Of a stretch of DNA of 64,000 bases, positions 43,345 to 64,000 are shown in pieces. A program made the position numbers and the translations under genes. The DNA is from the human T2T-CHM13v2.0 reference genome, Homo sapiens, in the NCBI RefSeq assembly GCF_009914755.1, contig NC_060931.1, one strand, 5' to 3'. Positions within the stretch are counted from its first letter, which is position 1, and each line of letters starts with the position of its first letter. The notes beneath the pieces were generated by a model that was not told the DNA's origin, did no database searches, and saw nothing but the letters and a program-made list of their open reading frames with translations.

Positions 43345-43790
43345 GGTAGGGGGTTGGAGGGTGTCCCCCGAAAAGACATGTCCACTGGAACCTCAGATAG
43401 GCTCTCACTGGGAATAACGGACTCTGCAGATGGAATTAAGGTAAGGCTCTCGAGATAAGCGTGCCTGATTAGAGTGAGCCCTAAATCCAATGACTCCCGT
43501 CCTTAAGAGACACAGAGCGCACTCCCACGTAACGAGTGCCTGACGGCCGGGACAGAGACTGCAGAGAAGCAGCGACGGGCCCAGGAGCGCCAAGCGTGGC
43601 CCGCAGCCACCAGAGGCTGGAAAGAGGCCTGGGAAGGATTCTCCGTGAGAGACTAGAGAAGGAGCCAACCCTGCCTGCACCTTGATCTGGGACTTCTGGC
43701 CTCCAGAGCTGTAAGACAATAGGTTTCTGCTGCTGAAGCCACCCAGCGTGTGGGCATTTGTAACCGCGGCACTAGGGAATGAACACAGTA
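43345..43790 (+). mobile_element. MLT1C/D-like solo LTR
   Basis: GCCCTAAATCCAATGAC..GTCCTT...GACTTCTGGCCTCCAGAGCTGTAAGACAAT..TTTCTG. Confidence 0.8.
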
Positions 43791-43794
43791 GGTG

Positions 43795-45140
<1,346 letters not shown>

Positions 45141-45164
45141 AAATAGTTGCATGTCAATTTTCCC

Positions 45165-45890
45165 ATTGCAGGGGGTTGGATGATGTTCCCCCAAAACTTC
45201 CTGTCCACCTGTGACCTCAGAATGTGACCTTATTTGGAAACAGGATCTTTGCAGGTGTCATTGGTTAAGTATCTCAAGAGGAGATCATCCTGGGCTTAGG
45301 ATGGGCCCTAAATCCAGTGACCGGTGTCCTTCCAAGAAAAGGAGGGGCGCCGGGCGGGCTGGTTCACACCTGTAATCCCACCGCTTTGGGAGGCCAAGGC
45401 GGGCGGATCATGAGTTCAGGAGATCGAGACCATCCTGGCTAACACGGTGAAACCCCGTCTCTACTAAAAACACAAAAAATTAGCCAGGCGTGGTGGCGGG
45501 TGCCTGTAGTCCCAGCTACTCAGGAGGCTGAGGCAGAAGAATCACTTGAACCTGGGAGGTGGAGGCTGCAGTGAGCTGAGATCATTCCATTGCACTCCAG
45601 CCTAGGTGACAGAGAGAAACTCCATCTCAAAAAAAAAAAAAAGAAAAAAGAAAAGAAAAGGAGGGGACACAGGCACAGAGAAGGCCACGTGACGATGGAG
45701 ACAGATGGGAGCGATGCAGCTACAGGCCTGGGAACACCGAGGATTTCTGGAGCCTCGGGAAGCTGCAGGGAGGGCTGGAACGGAGCCTCCCCGACGGCCT
45801 CCAGAAGCAGCCAGCCCTGCCCACACCTTGAGTTCGGACTGCTGGCCTCCAGCACTGTGCAAGAGCAAACTCCTGTCATTAGAAGCAACC
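45165..45890 (+). mobile_element. MLT1C-like LTR split by an Alu (45347-45660)
   Basis: GAATGTGACCTTATTTGGAAACAGG...CCCTAAATCCAGTGAC; TSD AAGAAAAGGAGGGG on both sides of the Alu. Confidence 0.8.
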
Positions 45891-46814
45891 TAGGCTGTGG
45901 CCACCCGCCCATCTCCCTAGGAGGTCTGGCTGCTCTTGGATACCCGGAGCCTCCTACCTCAGCTTGCTGGGCACTGACCTTGAGCGTTGCTCCCTCGACC
46001 TGCAGTGCTCCCTGCAGCGCCCAACCCCATGGGGGACACAGGAGGGGACTCTCAGAGCCGTCCCCCCGACAGGCCGAGGCTCCTCCCAGGAGAGGACGCC
46101 ACTGCCCCGCCAGCACTGGACACTGGACACTGTTTTCCGTAAACATTTCTTTGAACTGAATTTCATTCTTCTCACCCAAGAAATCTCTGGAAAACAATGC
46201 TGAGGCCAGGGTGGAGTGCCGGGGAGAGGGGATGTTTTAATGGTTTGTGGAGGGTTTTCTGTTTTGTTTTGTTTGTTTTTTTCTGGCATTGTCTCTCTCT
46301 TCTGATTTCCCTGTAACTGACAGGGAGGAAATGGATTCTGAAAATGGGTTCCTTCCCACCCCTGGGGGCTCTGAGATCAAAGTGTGGTGGGGCCGGGTGG
46401 ACAGGACTTGGTGCTCCGAGGTGGGGTCCTTCCTGATTCCCTCCCACCTTCTCCACCATGCCCCCCTTTACCCAACGGGGCCTGGCCAGGAAGGGGCATA
46501 CCAGGGGGCTATTCTGGGGGACAGGTCTCCAGGGCACCTGCCCTGCGTGCCCACCCAGTGAGGGGTTCCTGGCCCAGAGTTGCCCCCTCAGCATATCCCA
46601 GGGGGCTGGTGACCCTGTAGGCCCCTCCACTTTGCTAAAGAGGATACAGGGAGGGTTGGTGGCCCAGAACTCACGAACCACTGCTGACCAGGAATGGCCA
46701 AGGGAGGCCCACACAGAACACCCAATCCCACAGCCACCTGCTCTAGTACCACTTGGGGCCTCTCCAGCCACTGGCCTGGCTGCATTTGCTCTCCAAAACT
46801 GCCACTTTCTTTTA

Positions 46815-47345
<531 letters not shown>

Positions 47346-47824
47346 AATTCGTGCTTTCTGTCCCTTGACCTGGTCTACAAGCCACTTCCCCAGCTAGACA
47401 AAGAGAGCTTAGAACCCCATCCCTGCCAGGAAACAGACAAAAGCTGTCGGGGTCTTTTTTCTCTCTCTCAGCCTTACCTGGGACACACAGAGCTTTACGG
47501 TGGGGCCTTGTTCCAGTTGCTGCAGGCTGCCATTCCTGAAGGTCGGGGGACAAGCTGCCTCTTCAACCCCAGCTCTGCCGGGGGCTCCTCAGCGGCTGGG
47601 GGAGTTGTGGGTGGGGCAGGAGACCTGGCGAGAAGCTCACGGGTACCCTCACCCACCTCATCCCGCCCTGTGCCCAGCCCTGACCCCAGCCCTCCCTCTT
47701 TGTACCTCACCCCGTGGAAGGAAACACACTGAAGGTGGGGAGGGGTGGGCCAGAGCCTCAGACTCCTAAGACAAAGGGAGAAAAATGGACCGAAGAGAGG
47801 CAGGGGGTAGACGCAGGCACTGCC

Positions 47825-48108
47825 TTTTTTCTTTTGTAGACAGGGTCTCACTCTTGTTCAGGCTGGAGTGCAGGGCACCATCATAGCTCACCACAGCCTC
47901 CAACTACTGGGCTCAAGTGATCCTGCCTCAGCCTCCAAAGTAGCTGGGACGACAGGCATGCATCACCATGCTTGGCCAATTTTTGTATTTTTTGTACAGA
48001 TGGGGTCTCACTCTGTTGCCCAGGCTGATCTTGAACTCCTGGCCTCCAGTGATCCTCCTCAGCCTCCCGAATCTTGGGGATTACAGGCATGAGCCACCAC
48101 CCCCAGCC
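47825..48108 (-). mobile_element. AluJ-like
   Basis: Reverse Alu motifs. Confidence 0.85.
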
Positions 48109-48828
48109 TTATTTCCTGACATTTCTATGGTAAAATCGATTGCTTTTATAATCAGAAAAAATATACAGTGAGACTTAAAGACACGGTCTGTAACCTTGAG
48201 AGGCCAAAACAGCCCGCAGAGGGACAGGCGACTGGCCATTTTGATGCTAGGGCCCCAGGCACGAAGCAGGCAAGTCCCCCCTCCCCACTTTGGCCGGCGA
48301 GACTTTGAAAAGAAAGCTGGACGTGCAGGAGCAGGGGTTGGGAAGGGGAATTCCAGGAAGGGGCCTGGGACTGGGCCCCTGGAACCATGGTGGCCCCCCA
48401 GGCCAGATCCACCCCTGGACAGGTGCAAGGACTCTGGGAGCGGCCCCAAGGATCCAAATACCTTCCTCAGCAGCCCCTTTAATTTGCTTTCTGCAGAAAG
48501 TAAGCTAATGCCGGCAGCGGAGACTTCATTTAGGAGAAGAGCAGGCCTCGGCATATCCCTAGCATTGGCAGCATTCCTGGGAGGAGAGGAGGGGAAGGCT
48601 GGGGAGGGGAGGGAGACTGGGCTAGAGGGAGCCCGCAGATTCACCTAATTCCAGGGTGGAATTGCTCGCCAGCCACCGTGCCCTCCATCATTCTCCAGAG
48701 GCCCCACCTAGTTTCCTCATTCATCAGTCACCAGGCCTTGTCCTATGGCCCAGCCGGGGGGAGATGTCAAGGCCAGGGACCCCTCTGAGGCTCAGAGAGG
48801 GGTGCGTAGCAGGAGCAGTAAAGCCAGG

Positions 48829-48988
48829 ACTGGGCACGGTGGCTCACACCTGTGATCCCAGCACTTAGAGAGACAGAGGCAGGAGGATCGCTTGAAGCCA
48901 GGAGTTCAAGACCAACATGGTGAGACCTCTGTATCTGCCAAAAAAAAAAAAGTACATATATATATATATACGTATATATATACAAATT

Positions 48989-49025
<37 letters not shown>

Positions 49026-49045
49026 GTATATATATATACAAATTT
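48829..49045 (+). repeat. FLAM-like monomer with (TA)n-rich palindromic tail
   Basis: Direct reading. Confidence 0.85.
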
Positions 49046-49191
49046 TTTAAAAGCCAGGACCTGCCTGGCCCAAGCTTCCTCCCTGGGGCCTCAGTAGATG
49101 GTTCTAGACAGTGGAATTCGTGTTCTAGGCCTGGGGCTCTGACCTCAGAGGCCCTGTCAGGAGATTCAAACCAAGAAGTGAAATGCAGTGA

Positions 49192-50067
<876 letters not shown>

Positions 50068-52284
50068 CTAAGTCTTACTGGTTCCCTGCTCTGGGCAAGG
50101 CCTGGGCACAATTTTACAGACGGGGAAAATGAGGCCCAGGATCCCACGGTGGTAGAACCGGCTTCTCACAGGCCTGCCGACTGGAAACTCCTCACAGGGT
50201 TCCCCCTGAGCCAACATCCCCCTCCCGTGATCCCAACCAGAGCTCCTTGCTGTCCTGGGCTGTGTCCCCAATGGCGGGGCTGTGTCTCCGGCTCCTGGCC
50301 TAGGTGGCTCTGAGGGCACCTCTCTGGGCCTGGTCTGGCTGGAGGGGGCCCCAGGAGAGGGTCCCACAGGCGCCCCCCACCAGTCCGCGCCTGCTCCTTC
50401 CAGATTCTGCAGGCTCTGGTGACACCTGCTGGCCACGCATCCCATCACCATAGCAACCCAGGCTGGGCCTCTCAGCCCCCAGCAAGGCTGGGATGGGTGG
50501 GTTCACCCAGGCTGGAGGGTGGGGGGTGTGGAGGCACTGGGGGCGGAGCACACCCGCCTGACCCACCATCTTCTTTCCTCATGGGAAACTCTCAGCCCCA
50601 GGAAACTCCTGTGCCCGGCTTAGGTCCCCTCCTACTCTCTCCCCTTCTCCTGTCCAACGGCTCCGAGAGCTTGGAGTTCTCACCCAGCCCCCAGTCAGTG
50701 ACTCCAGCTGAGACATCACCTCCCCGCAGGCCTTCAAGGTTCCCATCTCAGACACAACGACTCCACCCCCACTGTGTGGGGCCCCAGGCCTCAGCTCAGA
50801 GGGGCCCCACCTCCCGCCACCCCCCTCCAGCTCCTCTGGGTCCCTCTGCTCAGTCCCCCTGGCCTGTGTCCACTTCACCCCAAGTCCTTCACCATGCCCT
50901 GAACGGAGCCTATCTCCCGTCACCCGGACAGTCACCTGTCACCTTGGCGCTGTCACAGCTCAGCCCCATCCCCAGCTTCTCTGTGGCCCCCACAGACTCA
51001 GCAGGCTTTCGCAGACACACAGACACCTGTCCTGCCCGCGCTGTGCCTCAGGGAGAGGCGCAGGTCCCACCAAGCTGCACTGCCAGCCCCATAAACGGCC
51101 CTGCGGTTCCCACCCGGGGGCTCTGCACCTGCGGCTCCCTCCCCAGAATGCTTTTTCCAGCTTCCTCAGTCTTGCTAACAGTGATTCAGCCAAGCCTTCC
51201 AGAACATTCCGCCGGCTGTGACCTCCCCAAACCCTGCTCTGTGTTCCTCACACTGTCATGGCCTGGGGACTGTCCCATCCCAGCCAGGCCTCCTCCGTGG
51301 TGCTGCCATGATTTCAGGATCCCCACGTGTCCAGGGCTGAGCCCAGGGCCGACCTAGGAGGTGTCTGCTGCCCTGATCCTCTTGACCCTCCCACTCCAGG
51401 CCCCAGTCCCACCCCAGGAGGGTCCTCCCCATCCCCACTCTCCCCTCCTCCCAGGGTCTGCAGGGAGCAGCTGGGCCACCACTTTGCCCAGAGGCAGTCC
51501 TGGGGCACAACCTGAGCCCACGTACCCAGCGTGGCACAGCCAGGGACGCAGTGCACAGGAGAGGGCTTAAGGGACCTCCCTGGAGACCCCCAAGTGGCTC
51601 CTCGAGTGACGGGGGCTGGTCATGGACGTTGAACCACCTGGAGGGAGGCTGTGTGGAGAGGCCGAGCTCAAGAGACAGAGCCTTGGTCCTCCTGCCTGCC
51701 CCAGGGTGGCCTGTGGTCCTGGGCTGGCCACCACCTCTCGGGGCCTCAGTCTCCCCATCTGCACTGGAGCGGGTGGGCACACTTGACCCCATGGCTTGGC
51801 AATGCCTGGCCACACTGCAGGGGCCGAGGGGGTGGCCAGCCCTGCCCCTGATGCCCACCACACCCTAGGGACGGCTCAGAGCCCAGCCACTCCTGGGGGC
51901 CTGGTCTATGCCTGTCCCTGGCCCCACACCCCGCAGTCTGGTGGCAGCTGCTGCACCCGCACCTGGAATGTCCCTGAAATCCCCAAACCTCAGCTGACCC
52001 CATGGGGGAAAGAGGGCTGGAACCTGCCCCCCTCTCCTCCCCTCCAAGGTGCAGACCCACCCTGTCCCCACACAGAGGGCACACTGAGTGCCCTGCCCCG
52101 CCCCGCTCTGCCCAGAGAGGCCGGAACATCAGGGGAGCTTGGGCCAGTCTGGCCACGCCTTGGAAATAGTGGCCACGCATCAGCCCGGGGAGGCCCCAGG
52201 CCTGGTCAGCCTCCAGGTCCTGCCCGCCAGGCTCAGCTTCCCGGCCCTCCCGCCTCCTCTCCCCGCTCCGGTTAATCTGTCAGT

Positions 52285-52570
52285 TCCATCTGTCTCTGTC
52301 TTGTTTGTCTCTCTATCTCTGTCTCAGTCTGTCTCGATCTCTGTCTCTGCCTTGCTATCTCTGTCTCCATCTGCCTCTCTCTCTGTCTCTGCCTATTTGT
52401 CTGTCTCTGTCTCTCCATCTCTCTCTCTCTTTATTTTTAAAATTTTCTTTTATATAGAGACAGTCTTGCTGTGTTGCCCAGGCTGGTCTTCAACTCCTGG
52501 GCTCCAGTGATCCTCCAGCCTTGGGCTCCCTAAGTGCTGGGATTACAGGTGTGAACCACCGTGCCCAGCC
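52285..52570 (-). repeat. CT-rich (TCTCTG)n low-complexity tract plus FLAM-like monomer
   Basis: Direct reading. Confidence 0.8.
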
Positions 52571-53289
52571 AAGAAACATCTCTAAACCCCTCTCTTCCTC
52601 CCAGCAGTGACTGTGAAGGGCACTGGGGACAAATCCCTTTTTGAAAGGATCTTCTGGATGATGTCATGGATTTGGGCCTCTTCCTGCTGGGGGTCACTGG
52701 GTGGTACTTCTTGGCCATCCAGCCAATAGCAACAGGCCAGCATGTGATGACGTCACTGTCACCCCCACTGTCTCCTCGGGTTCCAAGGAGCAAGAGGCTT
52801 GCACCATTCCTCTCTAATCTGAGATGGATTTTGTGGGTTTGCGTGGGGGGAAGGTTTTGTTTTTTTTTTTTTTAGCAAGAATCTTCTTAAGCCATACACC
52901 CATCTCATTAGGATTAGTTTTGTTAATCTATAGATCCACTTATTCGGCCGCACGCCAGCCTCCGAGTGTCCCAAACACGAAGTCAAAGGGTGAGCAGAGC
53001 ACCTCGGGCCGGCCCTCCTCCCCTGGGAGGATCCACCTCTCCCATGGGACAGGGACAGCTACGACTTTCGGCGGCTCCCTTCTAGGCACTGTTCCAAGCA
53101 TCTCATGGACTGTTCTGTGTCTCCTCCCAAAGGAGGAGGGGGAAACTGAGGCCTCAGGAAAGGGGCAGCTTGCACAGAGCCATACAGCCGGGGCCTCAGA
53201 TAAATGTGATTGCTCCAGATCCCTACCAGCACAAGTCAGGCAAATCTGTACATTCAATGTTAGCAAAGTTTGGTTGGTTGGTTGGTTGT

Positions 53290-53990
<701 letters not shown>

Positions 53991-54684
53991 GGCTGTTTTA
54001 TTCTTATTTTATAGAAAAGAATAACTTAAAAAGAAAGTGTTATTTTTTTTTTCTCACGTGAGTAAATGATCTTGTGCATCCACTCCAGAGGCCACTGGAT
54101 TAGTATCAGTTTGATGTCTTGTTACCCATCCAGACTGATTTCTGAGAAGCAGGAGGAAAGAAATGAGTTCCTCAATGAGTGAAAAGAAAGAACCTCATTT
54201 TACAGATGGGGCCCTGAGTGAGGCTCAGAGAGGTTCAGGAAGCTGCCCCAGGGCACACAGCGAGGGAGCAACAGAGCCTGGGAGCCGAGGACAGGGCCAC
54301 CCTCCAGCCTGCAGGGCCCCATCAGCACCCAGGTTGCAGAGTGGGGACTCACGGAGGAGAAGGCGTCCCCAGGGCATAAGACGCCTCCCCCACTGCCCAT
54401 CAGCGCAGATGGCCACCCGAGCTGCCAGTGAGAGAGGACGCGCTGCTTGGCTAAGCCGCTGTTGTTTGGGATTTTCTATCTCTCGAATCCTAAAGGGTAG
54501 AGTTTGCTTACCAATGCCGCCCTCACCCCTACAGTTGGGGAAACCAGAGCCTGGAGGGTGGTGCTCTAAGAGTGATCCCAGTCACACTGGCACTCCGAGG
54601 GCCACCTTCCACGCCGTCACTTTAGGAGTTTGCTGTGAGGTTAGCCTCATCAGCAAACTCGAGGCTGGCTTCCTATCCTCTTGC

Positions 54685-55015
54685 TCAGGGAGCAACCCTG
54701 GCACTACTGGGGAGGACTCTTGGGGATTATCTTGAGAGCACTCTCAGAGGAGCACTCCAAGGAGTACTCTTTGGGAGCATATCTGGGGAGCACTCTTGGG
54801 GGGGAACATATCTGGGGAGCAGTATCGGGAGCACCTGCAGGGAGTATTCTCGGGCATATGCTTGGGTAGCACTCTCAAGGAGCACTCAGGGCACATACTT
54901 GAACATTCTCAGGCCACATACTTGGGGAGCACCCTCAGGGAAGTACTCTAGGGAGTACTCTTGGGGAGCCTATCTGGGGAGTAGCATCAAGGAGCACTCT
55001 CGTGGGAGCACTACC
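54685..55015. repeat. Degenerate ~12-13 bp minisatellite, consensus ~GGGAGCACTCT(T/C)
   Basis: Over 20 imperfect units, e.g. GAGCACTCT, GAGTACTCT, GAGCATATCT. Confidence 0.75.
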
Positions 55016-55306
55016 TTAGTCTCCTTGCTCGCCACTGGCTTCACTGGCGTCAGAAGCAATTCCACAAGCCCAGCCCCTCCTGTCCTCCCTGATTCCCCAC
55101 AGGACAGTGCCATCCCCTCGGTGGGAATGGGCTCCTATTATGGGTTTGCATTCCCATGGCGCCAAGTCGGTCCTGAGAAGATCCTCCGGGATTGCTGACC
55201 ATCCACTTCCCCGCAGGGGGGCTCAAACCCAGGCTGTGAATTCGGGGAAGTGGGAAACAGAACTTTTTGGATGTCCCTAGATGGTGCCTCCCCCCCACCC
55301 CCACTA

Positions 55307-55341
55307 CACACACACAAACACACACACACACACACACACAC
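55307..55341. repeat. (CA)n microsatellite
   Basis: Direct reading. Confidence 0.9.
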
Positions 55342-56271
55342 CACTTCCATGGCGCCAGGAGAGAGTTTGGTCCTTCAGCAAGATCACACTCTTCTCCATA
55401 TGACCCCAGCCAATGAGCGGGCGAGACCTGGCCATCTCTGCCCCATGCGGGACTCTCTCATGGGCCGTGCTGGCTCCAGCATCGCAGTCTAACAGCTCCC
55501 TGCCGCATTTCGTTCCCTCTGTGCTCCTTCCCCAGTGTCACTCCTCCTTCAAACCCCAAGAACCCGTTTGCCCTCCGCAGTCCTTCTCAGCATCTGCTTC
55601 CTGAACGACCCAACCTCCGTTCTGCACTGGCCCGGTCACCCCACCGAAACTGGCAACTCCTGCTCCCACCTAACGTCATCATGGGACCTAAAAGCAGACC
55701 AGTCCCCACTGCTGTCCTCCCCGAGGCTCAGCTCTGCCCAGGAACCCGCTGCCTGCTCCCATCCCTGGTCCTTTAGGCCCACGGCATCTGCTCTCTCGGG
55801 ACAGTGCTCCCCCTGCACCAGTCAGCCTGCCCTGGGCTCTCAGGAGGCAAAGCCAGCCATCCCTCAGTTTCCACTTCACCCCTTCCCAAGGCAGTGAGCT
55901 TGGGGGCAGCTCGAATCAGTGGGAGGACAAACCAAGGGGGATCTCAAACTCATCACGATGTGCTCGCACAGAAACCCCTCATCTCACGCGGTCAATTACA
56001 AACCCTGGGAAGTGGGGACAGGCGAGGCCCAAGGGGCCCTGAGAGCAGGGAGGCAGAGCCTGAGGGCAGATTCTCTGAATCCTGAAGAATAAGCAGAAGC
56101 AGCAAACTCAGCAAGGTGGGGGGGCTCCAGGCAGAGGGAACAGCTTGTGCAAAGGCCCTGGGGCAGGCCAAGGGCAGAGCACTTAAGGTATGGAAAAAAA
56201 AAAAAAAAAGGCATGGAAAGGAGGCCAGCATGGCTAGGAGCAGAGAACAGAGAAGGGAGGTTGGGAGGTGA

Positions 56272-56655
<384 letters not shown>

Positions 56656-57837
56656 TGATGGTCAGAGGACAGCTCAGATGAGCTCAGCTCAGGTCAGTTC
56701 CACAGGAGTCACTATACTACATTTTACAAAGGGATTGGGGGGACTCTGTGAGCACCACAAAATTCGATCTGTCCCATTCTGTGGCAGCTGTGTGGTGTGG
56801 GTGCCACAGAATGGGTGACTACTCTAAGCAAATCAAGGTGCTCTCATTCCCCTGGTCAGAGCAATTGGTTCAGTAGTAGGAATAAACAAGGAATCCCACA
56901 GCCCAGCTGGCTGGCAGCTATCCTAAACTGAGTCCTTAGAGATGTAAGCTGCTGGGTCAAGCTCGACCTGAAGCCTACCCTACCACTGCACATTTTCCAT
57001 CACACCAAATTCCCTGCATTGTGAAGCTGTTTCGAGCTAGGTTTTTTATTATTTGCTACCAAACACATCCTGCAACAGGTGGTGGGAGTGAGTTCCTGCA
57101 GAAACTCAATGGAGCATTAAGGCCACCTCGGAAGCCATACACAGCAGTCTCCAGAGGGCAGCAAGCTAGAGAATGACTCTGCAGTGTCAGGGAGGGTCAA
57201 GCTGTATTTTAAAAAGCAACGGAAGGCTTGGGAAATGCAGCTTTTAGATAGCAAAGGTCTGTGGTGCCCCAAGTGGCCCCCATCAGCCAGGAGTGGGTGT
57301 TTTGGAGGGAGGAGGTGGCTGGCCTGGGGAATGGGTCCAGGCCTCCCAGTTCACCAGATCTCCAGGCCACGTTATGGCGGAAGGCCATCCCTATCGCTGT
57401 GCCTGGCTGGCCTGGGCCCACAGCCTGCCTCGCCGGGGAAAGGAACCCCTGCCACGACGGAGCAACTATTCAATTCTCTCAGCGAGAGCGCTGCCAGCTT
57501 CCTCACTCACACAGCCCAGCTGGAGAACTGCCCACAAGTTAAAAAATATTTCTTTCCAGCAGACATTGCTCCGGCGGATTCAAGCCTTATCTTTCTCTTC
57601 CAGAGGAGAATTGTTCATTTCACTTCCTTAAAAAAAAAAAACAACCCCAAAACCTTAAACCACAAACTGAAAAGCAGGTGGGACCGTTTCAGGATTTGGC
57701 TGAAGTTTGTCTCAGAGCTGATAAGGGACAGTCAGTTGTTTCTGGGCAACACAGCAGCGAACGGGCAGGGAGACGGGTCCACACTGTCCGTCAATAAAAC
57801 CACCCCCCAAGGCCTTGCTCTGTATAGAGAGGTTTCT

Positions 57838-59825
<1,988 letters not shown>

Positions 59826-59931
59826 AGACAGTGCCTGACACATAGTGAAATAGGGCTACTATTAATTGTTAGACATTGTGAAATTTAATATAATCATGAA
59901 ACACTCTGCAAATACAAAGGCCAATAGTTGA

Positions 59932-60306
<375 letters not shown>

Positions 60307-60840
60307 CTCAGGCCTAATCTGATGGCAGAGGCTTGGGACGTGCACCCGGGCCTCCATCCCAAGCCCGGCCTCGCTATCTGCACATTGCCGCCCCTCTGCA
60401 GCCCCGAAACATTTGTTCCACCAGCTGCAAGGGCGTTCTCACCTCCCTTCATCCCTCACCATATTTTTTTGTTTTGTGGAAGCTGCACAGTTCTGAAGTA
60501 ATCGTGCTACTGGGAAACAGGGCTGAGAGTCTCGTTTGTTCAAAGAAAATCTTTTCCTTCCACGCACAAGTGCTGTGTTTGCACCATAAATTGCCTTCTG
60601 CATTAGGTCCCCGCCAGCCTTTCTCCTGGTGTCCTGGTGCCCAACCCTCCCCGAAGGGCTCCAGTCCTGCACTCTCGGGGTGGCAGGTGGCTGCAAACAC
60701 AGCCGGACCTGAGCCCAGCTCAGCAGCTCAGGGATAGGTCAGGGAATAACAAGGGCAGGAGTTCACATTTATTGAGCACCTACTATGTGCTGGGCACTGC
60801 ACTGGGCACTTCCTTAATCGGCTGCATTTTCTTCCTTCCA

Positions 60841-61851
<1,011 letters not shown>

Positions 61852-62225
61852 TCATTTTACAGAGAAAAAATGAAAGTATTCACTTGCCCGAGGCCGGTAC
61901 AGGAAGCCAGGCATTACCTACCCCACTGTGGGTACCCACTGGTACGTTGGGAGATGAATTCATCTCCTGTTGGCACGCATTTCCTTTTTACATAAAATTA
62001 CATAAAACAGAATCAGTCACTATGTCACAAGCCATGGCAGAGGGAGGCCACGGGCTGGGTCAGGCGTTGCAGGCAGTACCCAGCTCGCCATGGATTGTGG
62101 CCAAATGAGGTTGAGAGACGATGTTTTCACCTGCAGCTCTCAAATGCTTGCTCTCAGGAATCTCCACTCTCTTACTGGGGACCCAGCCGCAAATGACATC
62201 TTAATAACAATATGAAAATAATTTT

Positions 62226-64000
<1,775 letters not shown>

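Noticed and set aside
50419-51357. 312-aa Pro/Ser-rich ORF
   Set aside because: C-rich composition, GTG start, no homology or splice support seen
54685-55015. CRISPR-like array interpretation
   Set aside because: Units short, degenerate and without unique spacers; eukaryotic context, no cas genes

Overview
Primate, almost certainly human, genomic DNA. It is Alu-dense and contains the 5' end of TNRC18 on the minus strand (human 7p22.1 from recalled gene location). The only well-supported coding sequence is the first coding exon: ATG at 20918, GT donor after 20732, 62 codons + 1 nt, MDGRDFGPQRSVHG...HPHP. It lies in a 430-nt exon (20732-21161) preceded by a non-coding exon ending at 23113, all within an unusually large Alu-free CpG island (~18.5-29.7 kb). 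Positions 1-20731 are intronic (Alus, HAL1/L1/L2 relics). Positions ~30-64 kb are upstream sequence with Alus, MLT1 LTRs, L1, MIR, MER63, a MADE1 hairpin and simple repeats. Nearly all ORFs in the supplied track are Alu-derived or GC-rich artefacts. I found no clearly new biological system. The best leads are: a four-uORF leader on the TNRC18 mRNA; a dual first/internal exon with upstream donors; a candidate intronic alternative promoter (octamer/CCAAT/kB-like sites + strong donor); a candidate divergent spliced lncRNA; an orphan 58-nt minus-strand exon; PBX-HOX and YY1 motif clusters; a (CG)10 Z-DNA tract; and an unexplained degenerate palindromic-unit minisatellite. Repeat boundaries and subfamilies were read by eye and are approximate.
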